Shown here: piece after piece, positions 12,957 to 24,990 of the stretch | Numbering within the stretch: the first letter of the stretch is position 1 | How the letters are laid out: each line of letters begins with the position of its first letter | From: Torpedo marmorata | Taxonomy: Eukaryota | NCBI GenBank assembly: GCA_977017645.1 | Contig: OZ360226.1 | Span: forward strand, 158,472,001-158,536,000 | DNA length: 64,000 nt | Reading direction: 5' to 3' | Notes under the pieces: generated by a model | The model's database searches: none | Told to the model about the DNA's origin: nothing | Seen by the model: the letters and a program-made list of their open reading frames with translations, nothing else | Translations under genes and position numbers: made by a program

Positions 12957-14867
12957 AAGACTATAGCATCGTCTGTGGAACGGTTTCTTCTATAGGCAAA
13001 TTAAAATGGGTCCAGGTTCTCTGGGAGGTGTGCTTTGATGCATTCCATCACCAGACGCTCAAAGCACTTCATGGTGGTGGAGGTCAGTGCCAGAGGGCGG
13101 TAGTCATTGAGGCCTGTTATTGTCGCCCTCCTGGGTACCGGGGATGATGCTGGCTTGAACCCTGCAGTGAGGTGTTGAAGATGTCCATGAAGACCTCCGT
13201 CAATTGGTCTGTGCAGTCCTTCCAACCAGGAAAGTTGTCTGGTCCCGCCACCTTGTGTGGGTTCACCTAGGATAGGGTTCTCCTCACCACAGCCATGTAG
13301 GGGTACTATTCATCAGGGGGACACGGAGCTTTCTTTGGCATAATCCTGTTCTTCTCATCAGACCTTGTGCAGAAGATGTTCAGTCTGTCCAGAAGGGAGG
13401 CGTCATTGTCCTTAATTCGCAAGGTTGACGTGATCCGTTTAGTCTTGATCCCTTGCCACATGCGCCTCGTGTCGCACAGCTGTCTGTGGAAAGGTGCTGG
13501 CTGTCCACCCTATTCGAGCCCCTCATAATCGTGTACTCCCCCACTAAGTCACCTCTCATCCCATCACCCAAAACTGCAGCAAATTTGCATGGAAGATGAA
13601 AGAAATGGACAAGCAAGCAGAGAGAATAAAAATAAATACTGGAACTGAGATACAAAGCACTGCAATTTTTGGAACACCGAAATAAGGTTTGAAATACTTA
13701 GCTCAACTAGCAGTAGTCGAGAGTAAATTAGGTTATTGGCTTTTCATCAGAACAGTTGAACTTAATGCCAAGTCCCAAGGACTAAATTGTGCAGAATTAG
13801 AAGGTGAGATGTTGTTCCTCAAGCTTACATTAGATTTCACTTGAAATGATTAAAGAAACCAAAGACAGAGGTCAGAATGAGTATAACACAATTTAAGTAA
13901 TAGGTAATTGGAGGTTCGAGGTCAACATAATGCACTGAACAGAGGGGAAATCATGCTTGACTAATCTTCTGGAATTTTTTGAGGATGTAACTATGATAAT
14001 GGATGAGGGAGAGCCAGTGGATGTAGTGTACCTGGACTTTCAGAAAGCCTTTGATAAGGTCCCACATAGGAGATTAGTAGGCAAAATTAGACCACATGGT
14101 ATTGGGGGTACTGTACTGACATGGATAGAAAATTGGTTGGCAGACAGGATACAAAGAGTAGGGATTAACGGGTCCCTTTCAGAATGGCAGGCAGTGACTA
14201 GTGGGGAACCGCAAGGCTCGGTGCTGGGACCGCAGCTGTTTACAATATACATTAATGATTTAGATGAAGGGATTAAAAGTAACATTAGCAAATTTGCAGA
14301 TGACACAAAGCTGGGTGGCAGTGTGAAATGTGAGAAGGATGTTATGAGAATGCAGGGTGACTTGGACAGGTTGGATGAGTGGGCAGATGCAGTTTAATGT
14401 GGATAAATGTGAGGTTATCCACTTTGCTGGCAAGAACAGGAAGGCAAATTACTATCTGAATGGTGTCAAGTGAGGAAAAGGGGAAGTACAACGAGATCTT
14501 GGTGTCCTTGTTCATCAGTCACTGAAAGAAAGCGTGCAGGTACAGCAGGCAGTGAAGAAAGCTAATGGCATGTTGGCCTTCATAACAAGGGGAGTTGAGT
14601 ATAGGAGCAAAGAGATCCTTCTGCAGTTGTGCAGGGCCCTGGTGAGACTACACCTGGAATTGTGTGCAGTTTTGGTCTCCAGGTTTGAGGAAGGACATTC
14701 TTGCTATTGAGGGAGTGCAGCGAAGGTTCACGAGGTTAATCCCTGGGATGGCGGGACTGTCATATGTTGAAAGATTGGAGCAACTGGGCTAGTATACACT
14801 GGAATTTAGAAGGATGAGGGGGGATCTGATTGAAACATAAGATTATTAAGGGATTGGACACGCTAGA

Positions 14868-17800
14868 TAAAAATCTGGAATTATATAAAAGAGTAGAACT
14901 TAAAACTAAATTTGATCTACTTTCGACTTACCCAATTGAACAACAATTGTTGAGAAGTAAGTCTTTTTTACCTTCATGGCGAAAAATCAGGTAAATTATT
15001 AGCAGGACAATTAAAGGGAATTTCAGTTAAAAAAACAAATTAACAAGATTCGGATGAGAGATGATAGAATGACATCAGATCATTTTAAAATTAATGAGAA
15101 TTTTAGAGAATTCTATTCTAACCTTTATAGTTCTGAATTCAATAATAATTTTACTTCAATGTCGGATTTTCTACATCGAATTAATTTACCCACTTTATCT
15201 CAGGCTAAGTGTACAAGTTTGGAGGCGCCTATCTCTCAGGAGGAAATATCCCTGGCTATCTCTTCCTTACAATCTGGTAAATCTCCAGGCCCAGACGGTT
15301 TTCCTGTTGAATTTTATAAATCATTTTCCAAATGGCTTGTACCTCATTTAAATACTGTGCTTGATGAATCATTTGGGGAGGAGAAGCTTCCCTCATCTTT
15401 TAATGAGGCTAGTATATCTCTTATTCTAAAGAAAGGAAAAGAACCAACAGAATGTGCATCGTATAGACCCATTTCATTACTTAACGTTGACATGAAAATA
15501 TTATCTAAAGTTCTGGCACGTAGATTAGAAAACATTCTACCTACAATTATTGATTCAGATCAAACTGGTTTTATAAAAAATCGTCATTCTTATTATAATA
15601 TACATCAATTATTGAATATTTTATATTCACCATCCACCCCAACTACTGAATGTGCTCTTTCATTAGACGTTGAGAAAGTGTTTGATCGGGTGGAATGGGA
15701 ATATTTATTTGCTACTGTAAAAATTTAATTTTGGTTCAGATTTTATCAAATGGATCAAATTATTATATTCATGTCCTATGGCGTCAGTCAGTTCTAATTC
15801 ACAACATTCGAGAAAGTTTAGGCTTAATAGAGGAACACGGCAAGGTTACCCATTAAGTCCTTTACTTTTTGATATTGTACTGGAACCTCTGGCTGTTGCT
15901 CTTCGACACTGTAGAGAATTTAAAGGAATAACTAGAAATGGAATCGAACATAAATTATCTCTCTACGCAGATGATTTAATGCTTTTTATTTCAAATCCTG
16001 AGATTTCTATACCGAACATATTAACTTTGTTTGCTCAATTTAGTCAATTTTCAGGTTATAAATTAAATTTGCATAAAAGTGAATTACTTCCTTTAAAAGG
16101 ATCTTTTTTGAATTATTCTAATTTCTCGTTTAAAATAGCTAACGACAAATTTCAATATTTAGGAATTACAATTACAAAAAAGTATAAAAATTTATTGAAA
16201 AAATTTTTTTTGGTATTACTTAATCAGACTAAAGTACAAATATCGGGATGGTCACTCCTATCTATTACAATGATTGGACGAATCAATTCGATTAAAATGA
16301 ATATTTTACCAAAATGTTTGTATCTTTTTCAAGCTGTACCAATTTTCGTTCCTAAATCTTTCTTTAATTCATTAGATTTGATTATTTCTTCATACATATG
16401 GCAGGGGAAACAACCACGTATAAATAAAGCCCATTTGCAAAAGACTAAAGGAAGGGGGATTATCACTTCCAAATTTTAGATTCTATTATTGGGCGACTAA
16501 TATACGTAGTTTTCTTTTATTATTATATTTTGACAAATTGGCGATTTGCCCTTCCTGGGTAGAAATGGAACTGAAATTTTCTAAAAAATCATCTATGTTG
16601 GCAATTTTAGGTTCCTTTTTGCCTTTTTCCTTTTCCAAATTGATAAATAACCCTATAAAGAGAAATAGATTGAGAATATGGGCTCAATTTAGAAAAAATT
16701 TTGGTTATAACAGTTTCTCTCTTGCTGGGGTTAGATGTAGGGTAGGGTTTAAAGAATGGTATAGATTAGGTATTAAAAATTATAAAGATCTTTTTATTTG
16801 AGATATCTTTGCTTCCTTCGAACAATTATCAACTAAATTTAATCTTTCTAATAGACTTTTTTTTTTATATTTACAAGTTAGACATTTTGTTCAGTCTAAG
16901 CTTCATAATTTTCCTCGAATTCCCGAAGCAATTTTTTTTGAATATTTTATTTAAGAAATTTTCATCCATACACGTATAATTTGTAAAATACATAATATTA
17001 AATTATTATCATTACTTTATTTATACATGATGGAAGCAAATATTCTTGACTTATTGTTTAACTTGCAGTTTGTTCATGGTGGATTAGTATCATGTATCTA
17101 TAGTGAGTTGTTGAATTTAAAATCAGTTTCAATGACTGGCATTAAGAGTGATTGGGAACATGATTTGAACATAACTTTTTCAGTTGAAGATTGGCATTCT
17201 ACTCTTAGTTTGATTCATGATTCCTCATTCTGTGCAGGCACTGTTTATTACAATTTCAAGTGGTACATAGAGTACACATGTCTAAACTTAAATTATATCG
17301 TTTTTATGCTGATATTGACCCACTATATGAGAAATGTAAAATTTTTGAAGCTTCATTGATTCATATGTTTTGGGAATGTCCAAATTTAGGAAGTTTTTGG
17401 GGAAATATATTTCATCAATGATTTTTAAGATTAAAATAGAACCATGCCCATCAATTGCTTTATTTGGATTTTCTCGAGCACCAGATATACCTATCTCTGC
17501 AACCCAGGAGAAGGTTTTAGCTTTTACTATGCTGATAGCCAGACAGGCAATTCCATTGAAATGGAAAGAAGATTCCTCCCCTACACATACACAGTGGTTA
17601 CACGATGTAATGTCGTGTTTAAGTCTAGAGAAAATTAGATACAACATTAAAGACAATAACTTTCAATTTGATAAGATTTGGGGACCATTCATGGAATACT
17701 ATTATGATTGGAAGATTTAAGAGATTTTGATGCTCCGAGTAGTCTTTGTCTGAGGTCTGGAGGTTGCTGTTCGATCCATATTTGTACTTTTTTTTCTTCT

Positions 17801-18108
17801 AAATAGCAATCTTGATTAGAGGAAGGGGTTAGAATAGAATTAGGTTAGTTTTGTTTTTTTCTTACTGGATTTTTTTTTTTTTTTAAATTTTTTTGTTTGT
17901 TTCCTTTCTTATTTTGAGTAATTGGGAAAGGGGTTTAGCTATGTCTATTACTGTTTTTTTAAAATCAAATAGAATTTAACTGTGATCTATATGAAAATGA
18001 TTCTATGTAGTTCGAATAAGTTATACTATATGCACACAAAAAGATGTCTATTACGGATCATGTATATGTGATATATGTTAAACTCAATAAAAATATTTTT
18101 AAAAGAAA
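14868..18108 (+). mobile_element. L1/Tx1 'family A' ORF2 (RT and C-terminus) plus 3' UTR, frameshifted
   Basis: KSPGPDGF, YRPISLLN, RQGYPLSP and LYADD motifs, then aataaa and an A-rich tail. Flanked by a duplication of at least 26 bp of host CR1. Confidence 0.93.
16932..17032 (-). mobile_element. 101-bp L1/Tx1-like 3' tail inserted antisense into the family-A L1
   Basis: Minus strand ends aaataaaatattc plus A8. TSD gaagcaa at 16925-16931 and 17033-17039. Confidence 0.8.
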
Positions 18109-18459
18109 CATATTATTAAGGGATTGGACACGCTAGAGGAAAGAAACATGTTCCCTATGTTGGGGGAGTCAAGAACCAGAGGCCACAGTTTAAGAATAAG
18201 GGGTAGGCCATTTAGAACGGAGTTGAGGAAAATCATTTTCACCCAGAGAGTGGTGGATCTGTGGAATGCTCTGCCTCAGAAGGCAGTGGAGGCCAATTCT
18301 CTGGATGCTTTCAAGAAAGAGTAAGATAGAACTCAAAGATAGCAGAGTCAAGGGATATGGGGAGAAGGCAGGAACAGGGTACTGATTGTGGATGATCAGC
18401 CATGATCACAGTGAATGCTGGCTCGAAGGGCCGAATGGCCTACTCCTGCACCTATTGTC

Positions 18460-20645
18460 AGATGAGAGTTTATTGTCATATACACAAGTACAATGTACAG
18501 ATGCACCAATATTCCTTGCGCTCAACGTTAGCAAAACCAAGGAGATGATTGTGGACTTCAGGAGGAAGTCAGGGGAACACGACCCAGTGCTCATCAAGGG
18601 CTCAGTAGTGGAGAGGGTCAAGAACTTCAAATTCCTGGGTGTCAACATCTCCGAGGATCTGTCCTGGAGCCTCCATGTTGATGCAATCACAAAGAAGTCT
18701 TGCCAGCGGCTATACTTTCTGAGGTATCTGAGGAGATCCAGTATGTCACCGAAGACTCTCGTAAACTTCTACAGGTGTACCTTGGAGAGTATTCTGGCTG
18801 GTTGCATCACTGCCTGGTATGGAGGCGCCAACTCTCAGGACAAGAATAAACTCCAGAGGGTTGTTAACTTGGCCTGCGACATCACAGGCACCAGACTTCA
18901 CTCCATCGAGGACATCTACATGAGGCAGTGTCTTAAAAAAGCAGCCTCTATCCTCAAAGACCCCCACCACCGAGGCCATGCCCTCTTCACTCTGCTACCA
19001 TCAAGAAAAAGTTACAGGAGCCTAAAGATGAGCACTCAACGGCACAAGGACAGCTTCTTCCCCGCTGCCATCAGATTCCTGAATAATCAATGAACCAAAG
19101 ACACTGCCTTACTTTTCGTGCACTATTGTTTATAATTTTTTATAGTAATGTCATAAGATGGTTGTAATATGAATGTTTGCACTATGCTGCCGCCACAAAA
19201 CACCAAATTTCATGACTTGTTCATGACAATAAATTCTGATTCTGAATATTCTTAGTTGTTGCGACCAAATAGGTACACAAATACAGCAAATACAATAGTA
19301 CAAAAATTACAATATGCCAAGACAGAGATAGTAAATATAAAAAGATGATTAAATGTTCAGTTGCAGATAGTGCAAAAAAAAAAACATTTAAGTTGTGCAG
19401 ATCTTTAGGTGGACCCGGAATAATTTATAGTTAGGATTTGGATTGTACAAGAGCCTGACAGCTGATGGATAAAAATAGAAAAATGTTCTTGAATCTAGGG
19501 GTACTGGACTTCAGGCATCTGTACCTGAAACAACAGGTTGTAAACAGGCTGATGGGGATCCTTTATGATTTTAGCTGCCTTGTAGATGTAGCAACTCTCA
19601 GATTTTTACAATATACACAGGGTCAGTGCCTGTGATGGACTTGGGCAGCTTTTCCACTCTGTAGCCTTCGGCATTACTGGACATTCAATTTTCCAAAGTG
19701 GGCCATGATGCAACCAGTCAGCACACCTGTAGAAGTATTTGGCATCATGACAAATCCTCTCAATTTTTTTTTTTAAGAAAGTAAATGCGTTGATGTGTTC
19801 ACTACTGGTGAGGTCCTCTAATATGTGGACTCTCAGGAACTTCAGGTACTACCCTCTCCAATGTTCTGCAGAGTTATCATGTAAACTGCATTTGGTTTCT
19901 TCAATTTAGAAAAGACAACATACTTCAAGGTTTAAGTCTATTTGTCAGACTGTACAGTGAGAAGGGTTCTTCTGCGAATAGTCTACTCCAGACGGTTAAT
20001 CATAGCATACATACAGCCATACAAACTAGATCAAGAGCACAACTGCAAAGAAAAAAGATCAATCTTCACCAAAGGCAGCATTGTTGTGGGGTTCATTCAG
20101 GAGCCTGATGGCTACAGAGAAGGAACTGCCTTTAAGCCTGTTGGTGCATGCTTTCACACTAGTCTTCTCCCTGATGGGAGGAGGGAGAAGAGCATGTCCA
20201 GTCCTTCAGTATTTTCGCTGCCTTTCCCAGGCAACAGATGTAGATGGAGTCCATGGAGGGGAAGGATGTTTCTGTAACGTTCTGAGCTGTATTCACTTCT
20301 TTCTACAGCTTCTTCCTATCTTGAGCAGAGCAGTTCCCACACCATGCTGTGATGCATCCAGTAAGTGAGCTATTGATGGTGCACCTGTAGAAGTTGTTGA
20401 AGGACAAGGGGACATACTGAACTTTAGTCTTCTAAGCAGAGGCATTATTGTGCTTTCTTGACATTCACGTCAACGTGCTTGTCCCAGACACTTATCCCCC
20501 CAACAGCCTAACACTTTCCTCCAGCGGCATTTCTGTGGACAGGGGTGTGGTCTCTGAACCCTTTCCTGAAGTCAATGACCATCTCCTTTCATATTATTGA
20601 CATTGAAAAGTTTCATTGGAAGCATGCTAAGTCTTTCAATCTCCC
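18460..20645 (-). mobile_element. Old Rex1/Babar-like fragments (two adjacent copies), the first split by a young Rex1
   Basis: Tail-like starts (tttattgtcata at ~18470; tctatttgtcagac at ~19937) and degenerate antisense RT C-terminal sequence. Confidence 0.55.
18515..19244 (+). mobile_element. Rex1/Babar 'family A' 5'-truncated copy
   Basis: Near-identical to 61647-62381, with a (ttctga)n tail. TSD aatattc at 18508-18514 and 19245-19251. Confidence 0.92.
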
Positions 20646-20649
20646 ACCT

Positions 20650-22275
20650 GTATTGGCGATAGAACCCTTGGCTGAATTAATTAGAAAAGATCCTAAGATA
20701 GTGGGTATTAAAGTTGGTATGGAAGAACATAAGATTAGTTTATTTGCAGATGATGTATTGATATATATGACAAAATCTATTACATCACTTCAACAACTAT
20801 CTATCATATTAAGAGAATATGGTGAAATATCTGGATATAAAATTAATTCTGATAAAAGTGAAATAATGGCTTTATCTCAAGGTGATTATACTAGATGTAA
20901 AGAAATTACACAATTTAAATGGGCTAAAGAAGGAATTAAATATTTGGGGGTTAAGGTTGATACAAAATTGGAAAATTTATATAACTTAAATTATCTACCA
21001 TTATTTGTGAAAATAAAGAAAGATTTAGAGAATTGGAAAGATTTACCCATAACTTTAATGGGAAGGGTAAATTGTATTAAAATGAATATTTTTCCAAGAG
21101 TTCAGTATCTTTTTCAATCAATTCCTTTTGGGATTCCTCAAAAAATTTTTAAAGATTTAAATTTTATTATTAGGAAATTTTTATGGAAAGGAAAGTTAGC
21201 AAGAGTAGGTATGGAAAAGTTAACCTGGATTTATGAGATGGGTGGATTGCAACTTCCTAATTTTCAAAATTATTATAAAGCAGCTCAATTAAAATTTGTT
21301 AATGAATTTTTTGATTCAACTAAATCTTCTGCTTGGATTAAAATAGAATTAAATAATATAGGAGAAAATCTTAAAGAAGAAATTATTTATAAATGGAATT
21401 CTAAGTTAATATTATTAAAAAAGAAAAATTCACCGATTATTAAACATTTGTTAGAAATATGGGGTAAGACGGATAAAGAGATAGGTGGAAGAGGATTAAT
21501 TTCTTCAAATATGCCATTATATCAAAATGGATTTATATCATTTACTGTTAATAATCAATTACTTAAAATTTGGTTTCAAAAAGGTATTAAGAAGATTAAT
21601 GATTGTTTTGAAGCTGGAAGATTTATTACGTTTCAAAGAATGAAAGATAAATTTAATATACCAGATAATACATTTTTAGCTTATTATCAAGTTAAAGCTT
21701 TTTTGACTGAGAAATTAGGTTATGCTTTGATTTTACCAAGACAAAATGAATTAGAATTATTAGTTACCAATGGAGATGTTAATAAATTTATTTCTCAAAT
21801 GTATAAATTGTTTCAGAGGAAAATGCCTAAAATAGGATTACATAAATCAAGATTAAAATGGGAATTAGATTTAAATGTAAATATAGATGAAAATCATTGG
21901 AAAGATTTATGTAAGTTAAGTATGACGAAGATTATCAATGTTAGATATAGACTAGTACAATATAATTTTTTTCATCAATTATATTTAACACCTAAAAAAT
22001 TAAAGAAATTTAATCCGACATTATCAGGCTTATGTTTTAGATGCAATAGTGTTCATTCTACATGGTTTTGTCCAAAGATTCAAGATTTTTGGTTGAAAGT
22101 TAAAAAAATTTTAGATAAAGTATTTAATATTGTGTTTCCAATGGATCCTATGTTATTTTTATTTGGAGATATTAGAAAATTTAGTATTAAGATGAAATTA
22201 AATATGTTTCAAGTAGAATTTTTGCGAATTGCTTTAGCTGTTTCAAAGAGAATCATTGCTTTGTGTTGGCATGTT
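20650..22275 (+). mobile_element. L1/Tx1 'family B'-related ORF2 fragment, open for ~540 codons, truncated at both ends
   Basis: LAIEPLA..., SLFADD, SGYKIN and LPITLMGRVNCIKMNIFP motifs. The knuckle is shortened to CFRCNSVHSTWFC. No 3' UTR. Confidence 0.88.
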
Positions 22276-22574
22276 TAGGCAACTAGATAGTGGGAACAGA
22301 AGAGGTAAAAGAACAAGTATGGCATCTCCTGCAGCTCCATGGAAAGGTGCCATTAGAAAATGAATGTATGTTAGTGAAGAGTGAAGAGAGAATCAAGAAA
22401 GAGGGAGAGGAAGGTGCATCGTGTGATGCCATCATGTTCAGGGCTCAACAATGATTTGAATAATTTCAGGAAAACAATCTTTGTAGTTTGCATCAGAACT
22501 GACCAGTTCTATTTTCCTTTCTCAAGATGCAACATTTCCAGCGTTCTCTTTTATTTCAGATATACAGCTCCTGC

Positions 22575-23505
22575 TTATCAACACAGGCGAACCCCAAGGA
22601 TGCGTGCTTAGTCCACTGCTCTACTTGTTATACACTCACGACTGTGTGGCCAGGCACAATTCCAATGCCATCTACAAGTTTGCCGATGACACCACAGTTG
22701 TCGGCAGAATCACAAATGGCAATGAGGAAGCGTACAGGAGGGAGATAGATCAGCTCGTTGAATGGTGTAACGACAACAACCTTGAGCTCAACATCAGCAA
22801 AACCAAGGAGACGAATGTGGACTTCAGGAGGAAGTCAGGGGAACATGACCCAGTCCTCATCGAGGGCTCAGTAGTGGAGAGGGTCAAGAACTTCAAATTC
22901 CTGGGTGTCAACATCTCCGAGGATCTGTCCTGGAGCATCCACGTTGATGCAATCACAAAGAAGGCTCGTCAGCGGCTATACTTTGTGAGGTGTCTGCGGA
23001 GATTCGGTATGTCACCGAAGACTCTCGTAAACTTCTACAGGTGTACCGTGGAGAGCATTCTGGCTGGTTGCATCACCGCCTGGTATGGAGGCGCCAACTC
23101 CCAGGACAAGAGTAAACTCCAGAGGGTTGTTAACTCGGCCTGTGACATCACAGGCACCAAACTTCACTCCATCGAGGACATCTACATGAGGCGGTGTCTT
23201 AAAAAAGCAGCCTCTATCCTCAAAGTCCCCCACCACCCAGGCCATGCCCTCTTCACTCTGCTTCCATCGGGAAAAAGGTACAGGAGCCTAAAGACGAGCA
23301 CTCAACGGCACAAGGACAGCTTCTTCCCCGCTGCCATCAGATTCCTGAATAATCAATGAACCAAAGACACTGCCTTACTTTTCATGCACTATTATTAATA
23401 ATTTTTTATACTAATGTCGTAAGATGGTTAATATGAATGTTAATTGCACTATGATGCTGCCGCAAAACACCGAATTTCATGACAATAAATAAATTCTGAT
23501 TCTGA
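22575..23505 (+). mobile_element. Rex1/Babar 'family A' 5'-truncated copy
   Basis: ORF 22604-23359 is near-identical to the C-terminus of 59916-62225. (ttctga)n tail. Inserted into a Penelope-type tail (ctgc|agttt) with no TSD. Confidence 0.92.
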
Positions 23506-24399
23506 AGTTTTGTCTCAATTATATAATACTCCTTATTCATTTTCTTCTGTATCCATCTCTTCCAAACGTCATTTGCAATTAACAAACCTAAAGAAGCTTT
23601 TCAGATATAATCAGCAAAACTTGTATTCATCTCTCTTGGTCTCCAACTTATCATAGGCATTCCATGATTCTCTCCATCCTTCCTGCTCCTCTGCAATTGG
23701 AAACACATTTGACTTCCCAGTACAGATGAAATGTCATCAACCCGAAATATTAAACCGGTTTATCTCTTGACAGATGCTGCCTACTTTTTTTTTTCCAGCA
23801 TTTACTATTTTTATTTCACATTTCTAGCATTTGCAATTTTGTTTTTTTTTGGTCAAGTGTTCTGCTCCATTGTCTCCAACATGATCAAATTATCCCTTTC
23901 CTTTAAGCCGTAAAGAACTATACTTGGTTTTAACTACCTCAGTGGATAACAGTAGCAAGATTGGGCCAACTGGCCTCCAAAACTTGCTCCGCTGTTAGAC
24001 AACTTCATGGCCAAACTAATTTTGGCATCAACATCACTTTTCCACTCTCTCCCCATTCCCCTCCACTCCTTTGTGGTTCAAACGTTTGTCAATCTCAGCC
24101 TTGAATATAAATGATTGTGCTTCCACAGCACTTGGGGAGGAAAATTCCAAATTCATGGCCAACAAAAATAAATTCTTCCTCATCCCAGTCTTAAACTAAC
24201 AACCCCTTATTCTTAAAAATTTTACCCCATATCCAAATTCCCCCTCCAAGTGTAATAAACTTCAATAGGTTGACTTCTAATTCTTCTAAATTCCAACGTA
24301 CAGATCAAATTTGCTCAAATGCTCTTCACATATCAATCTCTTCATCAGATAATCAACCAAGACTAATTACCTACTTTCCATTGCTTATAACTTACCAAA

Positions 24400-24990
24400 A
24401 AATGGAGAACATAGTACTCCACTTGCAATCTCACCCAGGTCCAATCCACCTCTTGTCCTTCCATTATTGTCCTCTTTCCCATACACCCACCCCCCAAACT
24501 ACTTCTCCTGGTTCCATCCACCACCCACACCAGATCCCGTCCCCCATCTGGTTCCACCTGCCTCCCTCTACCTTAATGGCTCCCATCATCATCTTCCTTA
24601 CTTATTAGACACCAGCACTGGTAGCGCATTTTCCTGCTTATCATCCCCCAGCAACTGTCTCAATCATCACATTCTCCTCCCCCTATCTGGCTCCATCTGA
24701 CTTTTTACCCCCCTTCATTTTCTGCTTCTGCCATCTTTCACTTGCTTGTTACCCAACTCAACCCCTCCCCCTGCACCACCTGGCTCCATCTCTCCTTCAT
24801 CCTCTACCCCTAAATCCACCTAACCAGCCCTAGTCTCACCCCTCTACTTTATACTGGCTATCTTGCCTCTCCACTTGCAATCCTTAATTCCTTCCTTCTC
24901 CCACCCACTTGCTTGACCTGCTGAGTTCCTACAGCTGTTTGATCCTTTTGCTCCACATCCCAGCATCCACAATTTCATGTGCATCTATCT
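24400..24990 (+). mobile_element. Penelope-like 3' remnant
   Basis: ENIVLHL-like start, a pyrimidine-rich tract, and the tail gcttgacctgctgagttcctacagc...cagcatcc. Confidence 0.5.

Larger units (their letters stand above)
9935..13490 (-). mobile_element. Rex1/Babar 'family B' LINE, interrupted by a hAT MITE and an L1 3' fragment
   Basis: Minus-strand RT pieces ([20 protein letters not shown]; GAPQGCLLS; RFADDTTAVG). The 3' UTR near 9940-10130 matches the copy ending at 32580. Confidence 0.88.
13945..18459 (+). mobile_element. CR1 (HER1-like) LINE, 5'-truncated, split by an L1 insertion
   Basis: ORF 13957-14397 has YLDFQKAFDKVPH, PQGSVLGP and KFADDTKL. It resumes at ~18110 (TRGHSLRI...RVVDLWNALP) and ends in a CR1 3' UTR. 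Confidence 0.92.

Noticed and set aside
18386-19093. Chimeric 235-aa ORF (and the N-terminus of 20545-22278)
   Set aside because: Fortuitous read-in from flanking repeats with non-ATG starts; only truncated TE domains are encoded.
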